64,000 bases of DNA. Origin: the human T2T-CHM13v2.0 reference genome, Homo sapiens. Shown one piece after another: positions 29,539 to 42,083 of this stretch (its first letter is position 1; each line of letters starts with the position of its first letter). The DNA is taken from the NCBI RefSeq assembly GCF_009914755.1, contig NC_060932.1; one strand, 5' to 3'. The notes under the pieces were generated by a model. It did not search any database. It was not told the origin of the DNA and saw only the letters and a program-made list of their open reading frames with translations. A program made the position numbers and the translations under genes.

Positions 29539-30165
29539 GTTGAACTAGTTACTGTAAACTAGTTCAACCATTGTGGAAGACAGTGTGGCGATTCCTCAAG
29601 GATCTAGAACTAGAAATACCATTTGACCCAGCCATCCCATTATTGGGCATATACTCAAAGGATTATAAATCATGCTGCTATAAAGACATATGCACACGTA
29701 TGTTTATTGTGGCACTATTCACAATAGCAAAGACTTGGAACCAACCCAAATGTCCAACAATGACAGACTGGATTAAGAAAATGTGGCACATATACACCAT
29801 GGAATACTATGCAGCCATAAAAAAGGATGAGTTCATGTCCTTTGTAGGGACGTGGATGAAGCTGGAAACCATCATTCTCAGCAAACTATCGCAAGGACAA
29901 AAAACCAAACACTGCTTGTTCTCACTCATAGGTGGGAATTGAACAATGAGAACACTTGGACACAGGAAGGGGAACATCACACACCGGGGCCTGTTGTGGG
30001 GTGGGGGGAGTGGGGAGGGATAGCATTAGGAGATATACCTAATGTAAATGACGAGTTAATGGGTGCAGCACACCAACATGGCACAAGTATACATATGTAA
30101 CAAACCTGCATGTTGTGCACATGTACCCTACAACTTAAAGTATAATAAAAAAAATTAAAAAAGAA
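29539..30165 (+). mobile_element. 5'-truncated primate L1PA element (ORF2 C-terminus, 3' UTR, A-tail)
   Basis: ORF 29571-29942 ...WKTVWRFLKDLELEIPFDPAIPLLGIY...SLIGGN* is the L1 ORF2p C-terminus, followed by a G-rich tract and cttaaagtataataaaaa. TSD gaaaaaactgaaatg (29524-29538) / gaaaaaacgtaaatg (30166-30180). Confidence 0.97.
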
Positions 30166-31367
30166 GAAAAAACGTAAATGACTTTGTTTCTACTTTTCAG
30201 TTTTTCAGTTAAGTATGTAAGATTCATATTTGACTTTTTTTACTGTACATATGACAGGTGGTTTTTTAACTACCCTACCATCAGACAGTCTGGGTCTCAA
30301 GGAAAATATTGCCTTTTTGGCAGAATGTAAGTATTCCCTGGATTTCATATGAGGTTGACATATTCTGGAGCAAGTGGAAAAAACTAGTTCTTACTGACAT
30401 TGTACTTGGCAGAATGCAGAGGAAAATATCAACAAGTTAGAACTAAAGGCCAAAAGGTTTTATAAATAGAATAGCTTTAAAAATGTTTAGAGTTGGAGAG
30501 GACTTTATAGATCATCTATTGCAGTGATTTTTCAATGATATTCATCTATCCATCCATCTATTCAATGGATGGATGACATTCAATCATCCATCTATTCCAT
30601 CTATTCATCCGTCTATTCTCCTATTCAATGTCTGTTTATTATGAGCCTATTATAGTCTGTCAGTCAACCAGGAGCTGCAGAAACACTGATGAAGGCAACA
30701 CAAAAAGTTCCTGTCTTTGTGGAACAGACTAGCAGAGAAAATAGACAGTCAACAAATAATCCCAAAAAGAATTTTTAAATTAAATGCTGTTCCTATCAGG
30801 AAACATGCAGTACCTAATAACCTTTTTTTTTTTTTTTTCAGAAGGACAATGCTTACTCTGGAGGTTAAGATTTCTACCTGCTTTTTGACTCCCTTGAACT
30901 GAGCCACTGTTAATGATAGGAGTGCATTATATTGTTCAGATGTACCGGATCAGAAAAGTGGCTGATAATCCAGCCTAACGCATTCATTTATTTTACAGGT
31001 CAAAGAAGTGGTGTGTCTAAAGCCACACCGCCAGGTGCTAATGGGTTTTTACTGCGGTCCAGGCCTCTTGATTCAGTGCTTATCTTACTATGCAAAATTG
31101 ACTCTCAGAACAGAACAAGTTCACACTCTGGCTTTCAGAATTGCTAATGATTCCCTGCTTCTTCCCTCCTTTATCAACTCATCACCTAACATTTTTAATG
31201 GGAGTGTTTATCAATTAACCCACTGTATTCGGCTCATGCTTGTTCACTGTATCCTGAGTAGTCAGATATCCTTTGTGCCTTATTACTAAGGAAATTAAAA
31301 AAAATCAACTGTATTTTTGTCTCCTCAAAACTATTCATACATTTATATTTTGTGTCTTCTATTACAG

Positions 31368-31565
31368 CAGTGGTCAGTGAAGGAGGACCACTAGCTGCCA
31401 CCTGTTCTTGTAAATCACACTTTACCAGCAAACAGCCACACCTATTTATTTACATATTGTGTATGGCTGCTTTTACCTTGCAATGAAAGAGTTCAGTAGT
31501 TAATGACAGAGTCCACATGGTGCACAAAGCAGAAAGTATTTACTATGTAGTTTTTTACAGGAAAG
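31368..31565 (+). mobile_element. MER58-like hAT-Charlie DNA transposon
   Basis: ccacctgttcttgtaaat...cagccacacctatttatttacatattgtgtatggctgcttt...aagtatttactat...tttacaggaaag. Confidence 0.75.
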
Positions 31566-31769
31566 ATTAGAAAACAAATTCCTTAACGGTTTGATTTTCT
31601 TCATAACACAGAAGTCTGTGCATAGAATAGTCAGTAAATATTGTTTATTGGGCTGATTACTGTTCACCATTTATATATTCTTTGAGAAAACATCAGGGAA
31701 TTTAAAACATTTTTATAAATAATCAATATTTTATTTGTTAGATTATGTTATTTAATGGGGCATTCAATA

Positions 31770-31960
31770 GCTTTGAAGTCAGAACTAGGGGGTGACAGCT
31801 CTACCAATAACCAGCTGTAAGATCCTGGGCAAGTCATGAATCTGAGCTTTCCTTTCATAATTTGTACATAGGATGCTAACTTAATGCTCGCTTGGAATTC
31901 GGGAAATAATGAGAGATCAAATACACTCACACTGTAGGTGCCTCAGGCTGTCCCAATAAA
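31770..31960 (+). mobile_element. MIR SINE
   Basis: gctttgaagtcaga...agctctacca...gctgtaagatcctgggcaagtcatgaatct resembles the MIR core. Confidence 0.65.
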
Positions 31961-32231
31961 TGGTTATAACACAGTATTTCACTGATCAAATTTGCTTATC
32001 ACCTACTCAAATAAATAAATGATACCAATAATAAACAAGTAACACTAATCTCTATTTGGGCTCAATATTTGGAGTATGTTTTAATTTCTATATTGTTTAT
32101 AGATAGGTTGCTCAGGAAACTTGAATAAATGCCCAACTCTTGAGGTCATATGACTTTTTGTTAGTAGCATTTTGTTTTCCAGATTCCACAATATTATCTA
32201 GCAAGCAGAGAATTTTGAATGCTTGTGCAAG

Positions 32232-32593
32232 TGTGGTTGCCGCTGAGGTGTGCAGCTCAGGACTTCCTTAGAGAAAGAAACTATCATCAGCTGAGTGCCT
32301 TTGGGTCTGATGCATCAGTTGGGCCAAGGCTACACTCTTCTTCAGCAGCCTCCCACCAAAGACTGATCACAGCAGAGTACTAAAGCCTGGCCATTTTTGC
32401 TCTGCATGTGAGTCCTCTAAGAGGCATTCTTTGATGTGAAGCTTGGCATCGGGTTCACCAAGACTTTGTCACCTGCTGCTAATCCTGCCTTGTCCCCTTT
32501 AATCTTTCACATATTTACCTTCTTCCCTGACAAACCTCTCAACCTCCTAACTTGGTCTCAGTGTCTGCTTTCTGGGGAACTCTACAGGGCACA
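32232..32593 (+). mobile_element. Solo ERVL-type LTR (LTR33-like)
   Basis: TG...CA ends; 3' end gtctcagtgtctgctttctggggaac...aca resembles LTR33/LTR16 termini. Confidence 0.55.
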
Positions 32594-34447
32594 ACAAACA
32601 AAGTGATGTTATAACAGTTTTTGAAAATAAGGAAAACTTTTAGATACACAAGTAATATTGACAGGAAAATATTGCAGCTTTAAATATAAATGAAAATAGA
32701 CATAATAAAACTATACTATGGAGTTTTTGAATCATTTTAATAAGTAGAGGTATATTAGCAATTAGAGTTTCAAATATTAAACATTTGGACCTATGTTTTA
32801 GATGATCATTTCAACATAAAATATTAATACTAAAATTCCATAAATATTTATAATTCAAAAAATAGCACTATTTGCTTGGTCTAAATCTATTTTCACATAT
32901 ACCAAGACTACTAAATATAAATTCCTTAATCTAGTATAACTTTTTATACATCAATCTTCTGTTACATCCTATAAAGAAATAAATAATCATTGTACTCACC
33001 TATTTATAGAAAATGTTTCTTTTACGTTACCTATTTATTGTACTATGTAAGAAACAATGTATTTCGACCTCAAATGAACTTCATGAATACTCCCTAAACC
33101 TTTCAAGAAAAAGAATTTGTGAGCAGCATAAAGAAATTGCCTGTTTATGAGGACTCATTTGAAATAAAATAACAATTAAAGTCATATAAACCATTTCTTA
33201 ACAAACAGTTCTTTTCTTTGCCATTTTCCAGCACCGAGTATTTTAGACAACTCCTCTCTTTTGATACACATCTTGTGTATGCCATTTTTATTCCCAAATT
33301 TTACTGCCGTCCTCTTTTCTGCCTCATATATTTTAGTTTCTATTCCACAAGTGATTTGTGTCTCTTGAAATGAAACTGCCAACCAGGGTAATAAGTACTG
33401 CTTAAAGTTATTAAGTCATAGCAACAGTTTGAATTTTGAGACAACCTTTCAGCTACTTGATTTTATTTTGACTGTTACTGATTCTGACAACACTAGCATC
33501 TTTGTTTTAAAATTTGTTTCCAATTCTTGAAAGAGATTGCACCAGCTCAATTTTTAAGACAGCTTTTTTGATACTATTATCTCATAACCATTCAGTCTTA
33601 ACATGCCTAGTAATTGAGAATGTACACCTGGCTTGATTATGCTTACAAAATGTTACTCTTTATATGGGATATACCTGAGTGATGGAAAGATAGCTAACTA
33701 GCACAAAGTGTGGAGTACATTCAGTTGCTGGGAAAAAAAAACATATTACTTCCTCGAGGTGTGATACATTTTCTATTTCTGGGTCTCTCTAAATAAAAAA
33801 CAAACACCTTATGAGCATAAAGGAGAACGACTCAGTGTTACTTACTAAATATCAAATAGAGGAATAAATAGGTCTATTCAGGCATCACAACTGTAAATGG
33901 TGCTAACTGATAGTCACATACACCAAATGGCTGACTTTCAGTAAGAAAGCCCTGTGGGTTTGTACATCTACACTCTCACTCAACAGCAAGCAACTTAATC
34001 AGTGAAGGGAGACATTATACACTGGCTTCTTTAAAAAAACAAAAACAGCAGCAAAAAAAACCCACCCCACACATGTCTACACATGCGAGGTTGAAAGAAA
34101 AAGTATCTAAAATACTTGTCCACTTACTTGTACCGATAATCATTTCACAAAAATTTGAGGGATCTGATGCAAAATGTGATACAAAGAGAAAACATAAATT
34201 AAAAACAAACAAAAATAAGATGAGAAATTACAGAGCAAAAATAAAATACAGATAAAGAATATAAAATAACAGTGACAAAATTATTCAAAATGTGGGCATC
34301 AAAATTTTTTTGGTAGTTATTTCCAAGATGACCACTTAGTAGAGAATACTTTATAATCATTATAAGTTATAGCATCTAAAATTAAATTGAGATCATAGAA
34401 TATTTATAATATTTCTTCAGTAAGTGGATGAGTTATTTACTAAAACT

Positions 34448-34501
34448 TAATTAAATGTTCTTTCTACTATTGTCTAATTAAATGTTCTTTCTACTATTGT
34501 C
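34448..34501. repeat. Perfect 27-bp tandem duplication
   Basis: taattaaatgttctttctactattgtc x2 (34448-34474, 34475-34501). Confidence 0.95.
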
Positions 34502-36020
34502 AAAATACTAAAACTTTAACGTAGAGGGGAAAGTTGCTGGGGAATGAATGCATCTCAGCTATGAGGGTACATTGCACTTGATTATCAACGGGCTCAACTA
34601 AGAAACTAAAACTGAAATAGTATTAATTTGGATATTCATAATCAACATGCTCTGGAACAACGAAGGAATCAAATTGTACTACCTATGTCATCAGTATATT
34701 TAAATGTATGAAATATTTCGTAATTGATTCCAACATAAACTTATGCACTTAGTAAAGCTTCTTGTTAAAAAAACAGTCTTATTGTGGTATAACTGACATT
34801 CAATAAATTTAATGTGTATAATTTATTAAGTTTTGACATATGTACATAGCTATCAAAGTATTGACATAATCAAGAAAATGAACATTTCATCATTCTGAGA
34901 AGTTTTCTTCACACCCAACTCTTGCCTGTCCCCAGGGAACCAATGAGGCACTTTTTATCACTATAGATCAGTTTGTATTTTCTAAAATTTAATACAAATG
35001 TTATAATACAGTATGTACTCTTGTTTTGTCTGAATTATTTCACAGCAAAATTATTTTGAGCTTCATCCATATTGTAATGTGAATCAGTACTTCATTCCTT
35101 TTTATTGCTGAATAGTCTTCCATTTTATGGATATATCGCAGTTTACTCATTTACCTGTTGAGAGTATCTGAATTATTTCCAGTTTTGTGTTATCACAAAT
35201 ATAGCTGCTTTGAATATTCATGTAGAGGTCTTTGATTACACATAAGTTTTCATTTTTCTTGGGAAAATACCAAGGGTAAAATGGCTGGATTATACAGTAG
35301 CTGTGTATTTTACTTTTAAAGAAAACTGCCAAAATGTTTTCCAGAGTATACAATTTTACTTTCTATTAGCAATATATGACAGTTACAGTTCCTTCATAAT
35401 CCTGCCAATACTTGGTATGGTCAGTCATTTATATGTTAGCCATTCTATCAGGTGTGTAGTGGTATTTCATTGTGGTTTTAATTTACATTTCCCTAATGAC
35501 TAATAATGTAAAGCATCTTTTCATGAGCTCATTTGACATCCATCTATGATTCTTGGTAAAGCTTTTGTTCAATACTCTGTTCATTTTTATTGAGTTGTTT
35601 GTTTTCTTTTTATTGAGTTTTGAGTGTTCTTTATATATTGTGAATAAAAATCCTTCATCATATACTTGGCTTGCAAATAATGTACTCTAACTGAGGCTTT
35701 TTATTCACTTAAAAGTGTCTTTGAAGAGTAGAATTTTTAAATTGTCTGATATATCAATTTTTCTTTTATAGATTATGATTTTGCATGATATCTAAGAAAT
35801 TTTTGCACAGATTAAGGTCACAAACTTTTGTATCCTATGTTTTATCTAGGAGTTTTATAGATTCAGCCTTTACATTTAGGTTAGGACCATATTTTCGTAT
35901 AGTACAGGATGTGAATTGGAGGTTTGTTTTGTTTTGTTTTTTTACATGTATCTTTGTCAAAAATTACTTGTCCATATATGTTTTGAGTCTTGATTATTAT
36001 AGCTTTAAAATAAGACTTGA

Positions 36021-36402
<382 letters not shown>

Positions 36403-36675
36403 TGAATTTTAGAATCAGCTTGACCATTACTACAAAAGTGCCTGCAAGTATTTCGATCGGGATTGCACTGAATGTCAACATAAATCTGGTGATAAATGTC
36501 ATTGTAATAATACTGAACCCTCTGACCCATGAATGAGGCATATCTGTCCAGTTATTTAGGCCTCTTTACTTTCATTTAGTAGTGTTTTGTTGTTTTCAAT
36601 GTAGAGGTCATGCACATTTTTTTGCAGATTGATCCCTCGGTATTTGGTGTTTTCGAATGCAATTGTAAATGGCCT

Positions 36676-36681
36676 TTTATT
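36676..36681 (-). promoter_or_regulatory. Candidate poly(A) signal AATAAA of the alternative terminal exon
   Basis: tttatt on +, about 30 nt 3' of the TAA stop in transcript orientation. Confidence 0.6.
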
Positions 36682-36710
36682 TTAAATTTTCAATTCCTGA
36701 TTGTTCTTTG

Positions 36711-36862
36711 TTAGTATGTGATGGAAGATAATTCTTCATAGGTCTTGTGCTTTTCAGTTTGTCTTGAGAGCACAGGCACTGACTGCCTTTGTTCTAGAAT
36801 CCATTTCCAATGGTATTTGTAGAGCCAACCATCTTGGATTACAGATAGAGTGTCTCCCTTCA
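36711..36862 (-). CDS. MMP16: MMP16 alternative terminal exon encoding the C-terminus of a soluble, transmembrane-less short isoform
   Basis: Acceptor caaacctttcctttgcag|TG (AG at 36864-36863) is phase 1, joining exon 7 ...TTTAAAG|TG. Reads (V)KGDTLSVIQDGWLYKYHWKWILEQRQSVPVLSRQTEKHKTYEELSSITY* with TAA at 36713-36711 and AATAAA at 36681-36676. The peptide matches my recollection of the described short MT3-MMP isoform. Confidence 0.88.
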
Positions 36863-37226
36863 CTGCAAAGGAAAGGTTTGTTTACTGTCCAGTATGATGA
36901 AGAAAGTATCTCCTTTCAGTGAAAAATTTAGGCAGGCTTATTGCTAATTATAGAAAATTTAGGTACTTTAATTCATTGTTCCTTTCTTGCAATGAGACTA
37001 ATTTCATGTAAGGTGTCAACTCCTTTTAGTATCACACTTTTAAAGTGTGGGGTTTAGGGAACAAGTTCAGATGACTATACTATGGCTACTGCTTTTGATT
37101 TCCATCCTTTTCTCTAACTCAGGAATCTCATGTCTTCTGTCAACATCCATAAGCATAAGGCAGGCTAATAGGCTTTTATTAGCTTACAAATAAGATAAAA
37201 TCTCAGACCCTTTACAGTTCTTGAAA
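36717..37226 (+). mobile_element. Solo LTR (LTR40-like, ERVL) nested in L1, antisense to MMP16
   Basis: A ~510-bp block interrupts the L1 phrase ttgttctttgttagta...atatacagaaatacaatt. It starts with TG and contains ggcactgactgcctttgttc, repeated gtgtctccct/gtatctcctt units and the end aaaatctcagaccctttacagttcttg, recalled as LTR40 features. Confidence 0.7.
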
Positions 37227-39035
37227 ATATACAGAAATACAATTAAATGTTTACTAATGTTCTTAGATTTTGTAACTTTGAGAGACACACTTACCAATTC
37301 TGGAAGCTTTTTGATTGACTGCAATCCTATCTCTTTCTACATAGACAATTATCTCCATGGATACAGTTTTACTTCTGTTTTATATCAATCAGATTGTCTA
37401 TAAATACAGCATTATTTCTTTCCAATCTAAAATATTTTTATTTATTTCACTAGATAAAACTTGTTACAGTGTTGAACAGACCTGATATAAACATCTTTGT
37501 CTTGTTCCTGATCTTTTGGGGTATGCAAGATACTGTGAATTTTACCTTGTTGGGTCAGTATCTCTGTATCCCTATAAATATTCTTGAGCTTTGTTCTAGG
37601 ACTCTTATTTGGAAACCATTTGATTGCTTCAGGTCTTACTTTGAAGATTTGTTAAGTGGAATTCAAGCAGGGATATTTCTAGGATAATTATTCCCCACTA
37701 CTGAGGTAAGGCCCTTTTCAATACTCTATCCAAAGCCTATGAACAGGTGGTTGGGGGCAGCCGGTACTATGGCCCTCCGTGAGTGTCAGGCACTGCTCTT
37801 TTTGTTCCCACTGATTGGTTCCTTTTCTAGATTTGAGTAGTTTCCTTATAGACATGAGCTGACCAATACTCTTTCCAATACGTATGGGGGTCCATCTGCT
37901 CATCTCTGGGCCATCTTGTGTAGCTCTCTCCTCTATGTTACTTTCTCCTGTGCACTGAAGCTACCTTGTTCTCCCTGAACTCTCAGCTCTGTATCTTCAA
38001 CTGAGAAAGTCTTCTGAGCTCTGCCTTGGTTCCCCTACGTTGTGCCGCAGCCTGTAAATTATTCAGATGGGAAGCTATGGTAACTTCAGGGCTCACCTCC
38101 CTTTATTTCCTGACTCTCAGGATTCAATGTCCTCTGTTTCTTGATACCCAGTGTCTTTGAAAATCATTTTTTAATATAATTTGTCAATTTTTTCTTTGTT
38201 TTCAGAAGGAAAGATAAATCTGATCCCCATTATTACTTCTTGGCTGGAAGCAGAATCTACCATTATAGTGCACTATTATGTAATATATTACATTATATTC
38301 TGATCTACCATACTTTAACATACTAAAAAGCAGTAAGATTATGTTCAGAATGTAGAATTGGACACACATATAAAGGACAAGTTTTATGTTTTCATAATTT
38401 ATATACTGACAACTCCCACTTCATATGATATACATGTGCACATATAATTTTGCCCTAGTTCAAAAAATATCTAAATTACACCAAAATATAAATTTTTAAT
38501 TGTATCTAATGGCTTCTCATTCTTCTTAAGATTTATAAAAGTTTGAATAAATAGGACATGTTATGTTTATGTTTATATCACTAACACAATAGTTATACTT
38601 TATAACTAAACATTCATTTATACATATAGTTGAATCCACATCTTCAAATTCTTATGTAAAATGAAAACAAGGTTAATACCTTTAGGTATAATTAATACCT
38701 AAGTACCTTTAGGAAATACAGAGTTAAATACATTTATATCCAAACATGGACTTTAGTTAAATAGGGGAATAAAAGACAAAGCTTCTCAAATATATAATAA
38801 TTGTCTAGCACAGATTGGAAGAAGAAAAAAAAACATAAAAGATGATTTCTGTAGAGAGAGAAGAAGAAAACAAAGATAAATAATGTAAGGCAAAGAGGCT
38901 AAATAAAAGAGCAAATTAAAGAAGAATAACATCTAAATCACTAGTAATGTAAATCACAGTCTAATATGGCTGGTATAGGTTGACACCAACTTGTACATGG
39001 CTATAAGTACAGGTTGGGGCTTGAATCTTATTCTT

Positions 39036-39420
39036 GGTTCATTCGATCAATCTTTATTGAGTGTTTACTATATTCCAGGTATTGTTTAAGACAACAAACT
39101 ATGACCATAGCCTGCTTCTGTATGGCCCATGATCTAAGAATAGTTTTTACATTTTTAAAGTTAGAACACAACACACACAAAAAACAAAGAAAGGTATATA
39201 ATAGAGACCATATGGGCTGCAAAGCCTAAAATATTCACTATTTTGTCATTACAGAAAAAGTCTGTCAAAGCCCAGTTTAAGATATTGGGGATAAAACAGT
39301 GTAAAATAAAAAAAAAATACCTTGCCTTTATGGGATTGATATTCTAGTGGGAAGGATACAGATAACAATTAAAATATATGGTTTGTCAGATGGTACGTGC
39401 ACAAGTTATGCAGGGAAGGG
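39036..39420 (-). mobile_element. L2 3' end with a nested MER58-like DNA element (~39090-39275)
   Basis: ttcattcgatcaatctttattgagtgtttactatattccagg is interrupted by ...tatggcccatgatctaagaatagtttttacatttttaa...gagaccatatgggctgcaaagcctaaaatatt... and resumes at tattggggataaaacagtg. Confidence 0.7.
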
Positions 39421-40674
39421 GATCAGCTGTCAGCAAAGGGGCAGAGATTACCTCATGGCCCATAGAGCAAAATGGGGTGACCACGTGGGATGAGGAATGA
39501 TGTGGTTATCTGGTCTTTTGAGGGTGATAAGGGCTATAAAGAGAGAGAGTCAAGGAGAAATATTTTGATTGTGATTGTTGTGGTGAGGGTGGTGGAGGGG
39601 GTCATTTCACTTCAGAAGCCCAGGGTGCTAGGACTCTCACTCCTCTCCTGCCAGTCATGAGGTAGAGTCTAGGGAAGAGTGTGATCTCACTGGGAACACC
39701 CAGAACTTCTGACTCTTTCTCCATAATCAATGCTTTATTGAGCGGGAGAGCTACAGGTCATAGCTGGGCTTTGAGAGGGTTTATTTGAGGGTAAGAGTAA
39801 ACGGGAGGAAAGAGTTGCCACAGCAGGGTCCTCAAAGTGACAAAATTTATTAGAGTAGGCATTTCCTGAGGTTGACAATGTACCAGAAGAGACCACTGAC
39901 AAGCACAACATTCTGGTGGTTAGAGAAGTCTGGGACAAAAACGAAATTATTGCTGTTGTAAGCACCACACCATAAGAAACACCATACTGAGTCAAATCAG
40001 GATTCAGTGATGTTGCTTTAATTGAAATGTTTATTGAGCACCTACTATGCACCCAACACTTTTAGGAACTGAAAATAAAATGATACGCAGGAAAATATAA
40101 ACAAGTTCCATCTCTCATGAAATTTCTATTTGAATGCTGTGGGTAATTTCAATTCTTTTACAAATGCTTTGTGCAAGTTAGAAGGTACTACTTACATAGG
40201 GTGGGCAGGGAGGCCACTGGAGGACATGCCTTTTATGCTGGCTGTTGAAAGATGAAAAGGAGCTAGCCATGCCACAAGAGAGTGAGGAGCGGCAAAGCGA
40301 ATAAAAGTGAGAAGGCCCCGAGGCCATAAAGAGCTGTCAGAACACGAATTTATGACTGTGGCAGTTTCGCCTCAGGCAGTTTTGTCAGAGAGCACTACTG
40401 GTCCTGTGAGGAGACAGGGCCTCCTGGGACGGTCCCCAAGTGGAAGGCTAGTCGGAACTTAACCTGCCCTTCTTTTTGTTGCTACTACTCATGGGACGCA
40501 GGAAGGGTGTAGGAGAGGGGAATTTCCCTCCAATATCATGTCACTAAAATTCACAGCCTTTAGGTGGTATCCTTGCTTTGTCCACTGTGGTGCGGTGCAC
40601 CGCCACTTTTTTATATGCTTATTATAGACAGCAGGAGGGCAAGAAAATTAATAGCAATCTTACTAGCAGCAGCA

Positions 40675-40855
40675 GGAATAGCTGGCATTTATTGAGGGCT
40701 TATACATGCCAGGCACTTTACATGTAGTAATTAATTTAGTCCTTAAAATCATTTTGAGATGGGGAATAATACAAACTCCATTTTTCAGATTAGGAAACTG
40801 AGGGAAAGAGAATTGAGTAGCTTGTTCAGCTGATACAGCTAGTAAGTGTTCAAGG
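40675..40855 (-). mobile_element. MIR SINE
   Basis: catttattgagggcttatacatgccaggcact...ccatttttcagattaggaaactgagg...cagctagtaagtg. Confidence 0.75.
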
Positions 40856-41944
40856 TTGGCAACATGGCCATAAAATTATCATGTTCTTACAGCTAATGGA
40901 CTAAACTGTCTCTTTTCTTGAGGAACAATCTGTAAAGATAAAGCCCAGGTATATACTTTCATTTGATATAGGTAGTTTGAGCCTCACTTTAAATATTACA
41001 AGTGTTTCCCAAATTCCATGTTTTCATTACCCTCACCAATTGCTATTGTAAGCACCATAGCATTATTTTAGTTTGATTCTGGGAATAATTGCTTTTTGAG
41101 GGATTAAGATCCCCCTTTTCCTTTCTTCAATCTCTATTCCTGTATAAGCTTATTTTCAGGCCTTTAGGCTCTTGGGTAATATGTTCAACCATAAAGTTTT
41201 ACACTCTAGTTCTCCTCAGCTTCAGCTCAAATACATTCTCTTCACAATTCCCTCAGTCCTCCAACTCAATCTGCCTCTTGTCCCTGTGTTTTCTTTCACA
41301 GATATAAGATTTGTGGTTTTGAATATTAACTAGTTTTGAGAATAAAATAATAGGCAGTTGCCTAAGTTCACTTCATCAGGTAATTTCACTTTTGCTTGCC
41401 AGGCAGTTGGTAGTACTTGTGAGATTAAAATTTGGCACTCAGATAAATAACAGACAATACATTTCATGATACTGATAATTGGATAATTCTAAGAATTCCT
41501 TGACTTCAGTTCTTAGTTTACTAGAATCTATTTACATAAACTGATTACATCAAGTAAAATTTCAGAGATTATGTATGAAAATAGGAGTGTAATAGATTTT
41601 ATTACCTAAAACCAGCAAGCAACTCCAAATACTCCAAACAAACAAACAAACCTTTAGTCAGTGCAGAAATGGCTATATATCTATTAATCTTTTTTTTAGT
41701 ACTTTTAAGTCAAATCTAAAAGTTCTAAGAGAAAGAATATCTCTTAAATCTGACATGAGAATACCGTATGAGAACAAATAAAATAAAAAATGAAAATTAT
41801 CTTCATTTATATTTCTAGTTAACATAGTTTATTTCATTAAATCCATAGGCTATGTAATCTCATTTCATCACTTTTGTGTGCACCACAGGGTCCTATACAA
41901 AATGATTAAAATACAACATAGCCAGATATGGAAAACATCCTTAC

Positions 41945-42083
41945 CTTTAAAGAACACAAAATTCCCGTCGCTATTTTCATAAACTGCATCGATACTAGGA
42001 GGCAAGCCCCGCCAGAAGTAAGTAATTTGCATTGGGTATCCATCCATCACCCTGTTGTTTCTCACTCGCCAAAACCACTGGTC
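41945..42083 (-). CDS. MMP16: MMP16 exon 7, hemopexin repeat, 139 bp
   Basis: [46 protein letters not shown](G). Acceptor ttggtttgcag|GAC, donor AAAG|gtaagg, phases 0/1. Confidence 0.97.

Noticed and set aside
29571-29942. L1 ORF2 C-terminal ORF as a functional gene
   Set aside because: The element is a ~620-bp 5'-truncated copy without promoter, endonuclease or RT domains.
29997-30019. G-quadruplex-like tract
   Set aside because: Standard G-rich segment of the L1 3' UTR; not locus-specific.
36851-36860. 10-nt identity (tgtctccctt) between the start of the alternative exon and the end of exon 8 (23481-23490), both encoding KGD
   Set aside because: The motif is part of the LTR's own repeated gtgtctccct unit and nothing else aligns, so it is coincidence rather than exon duplication.
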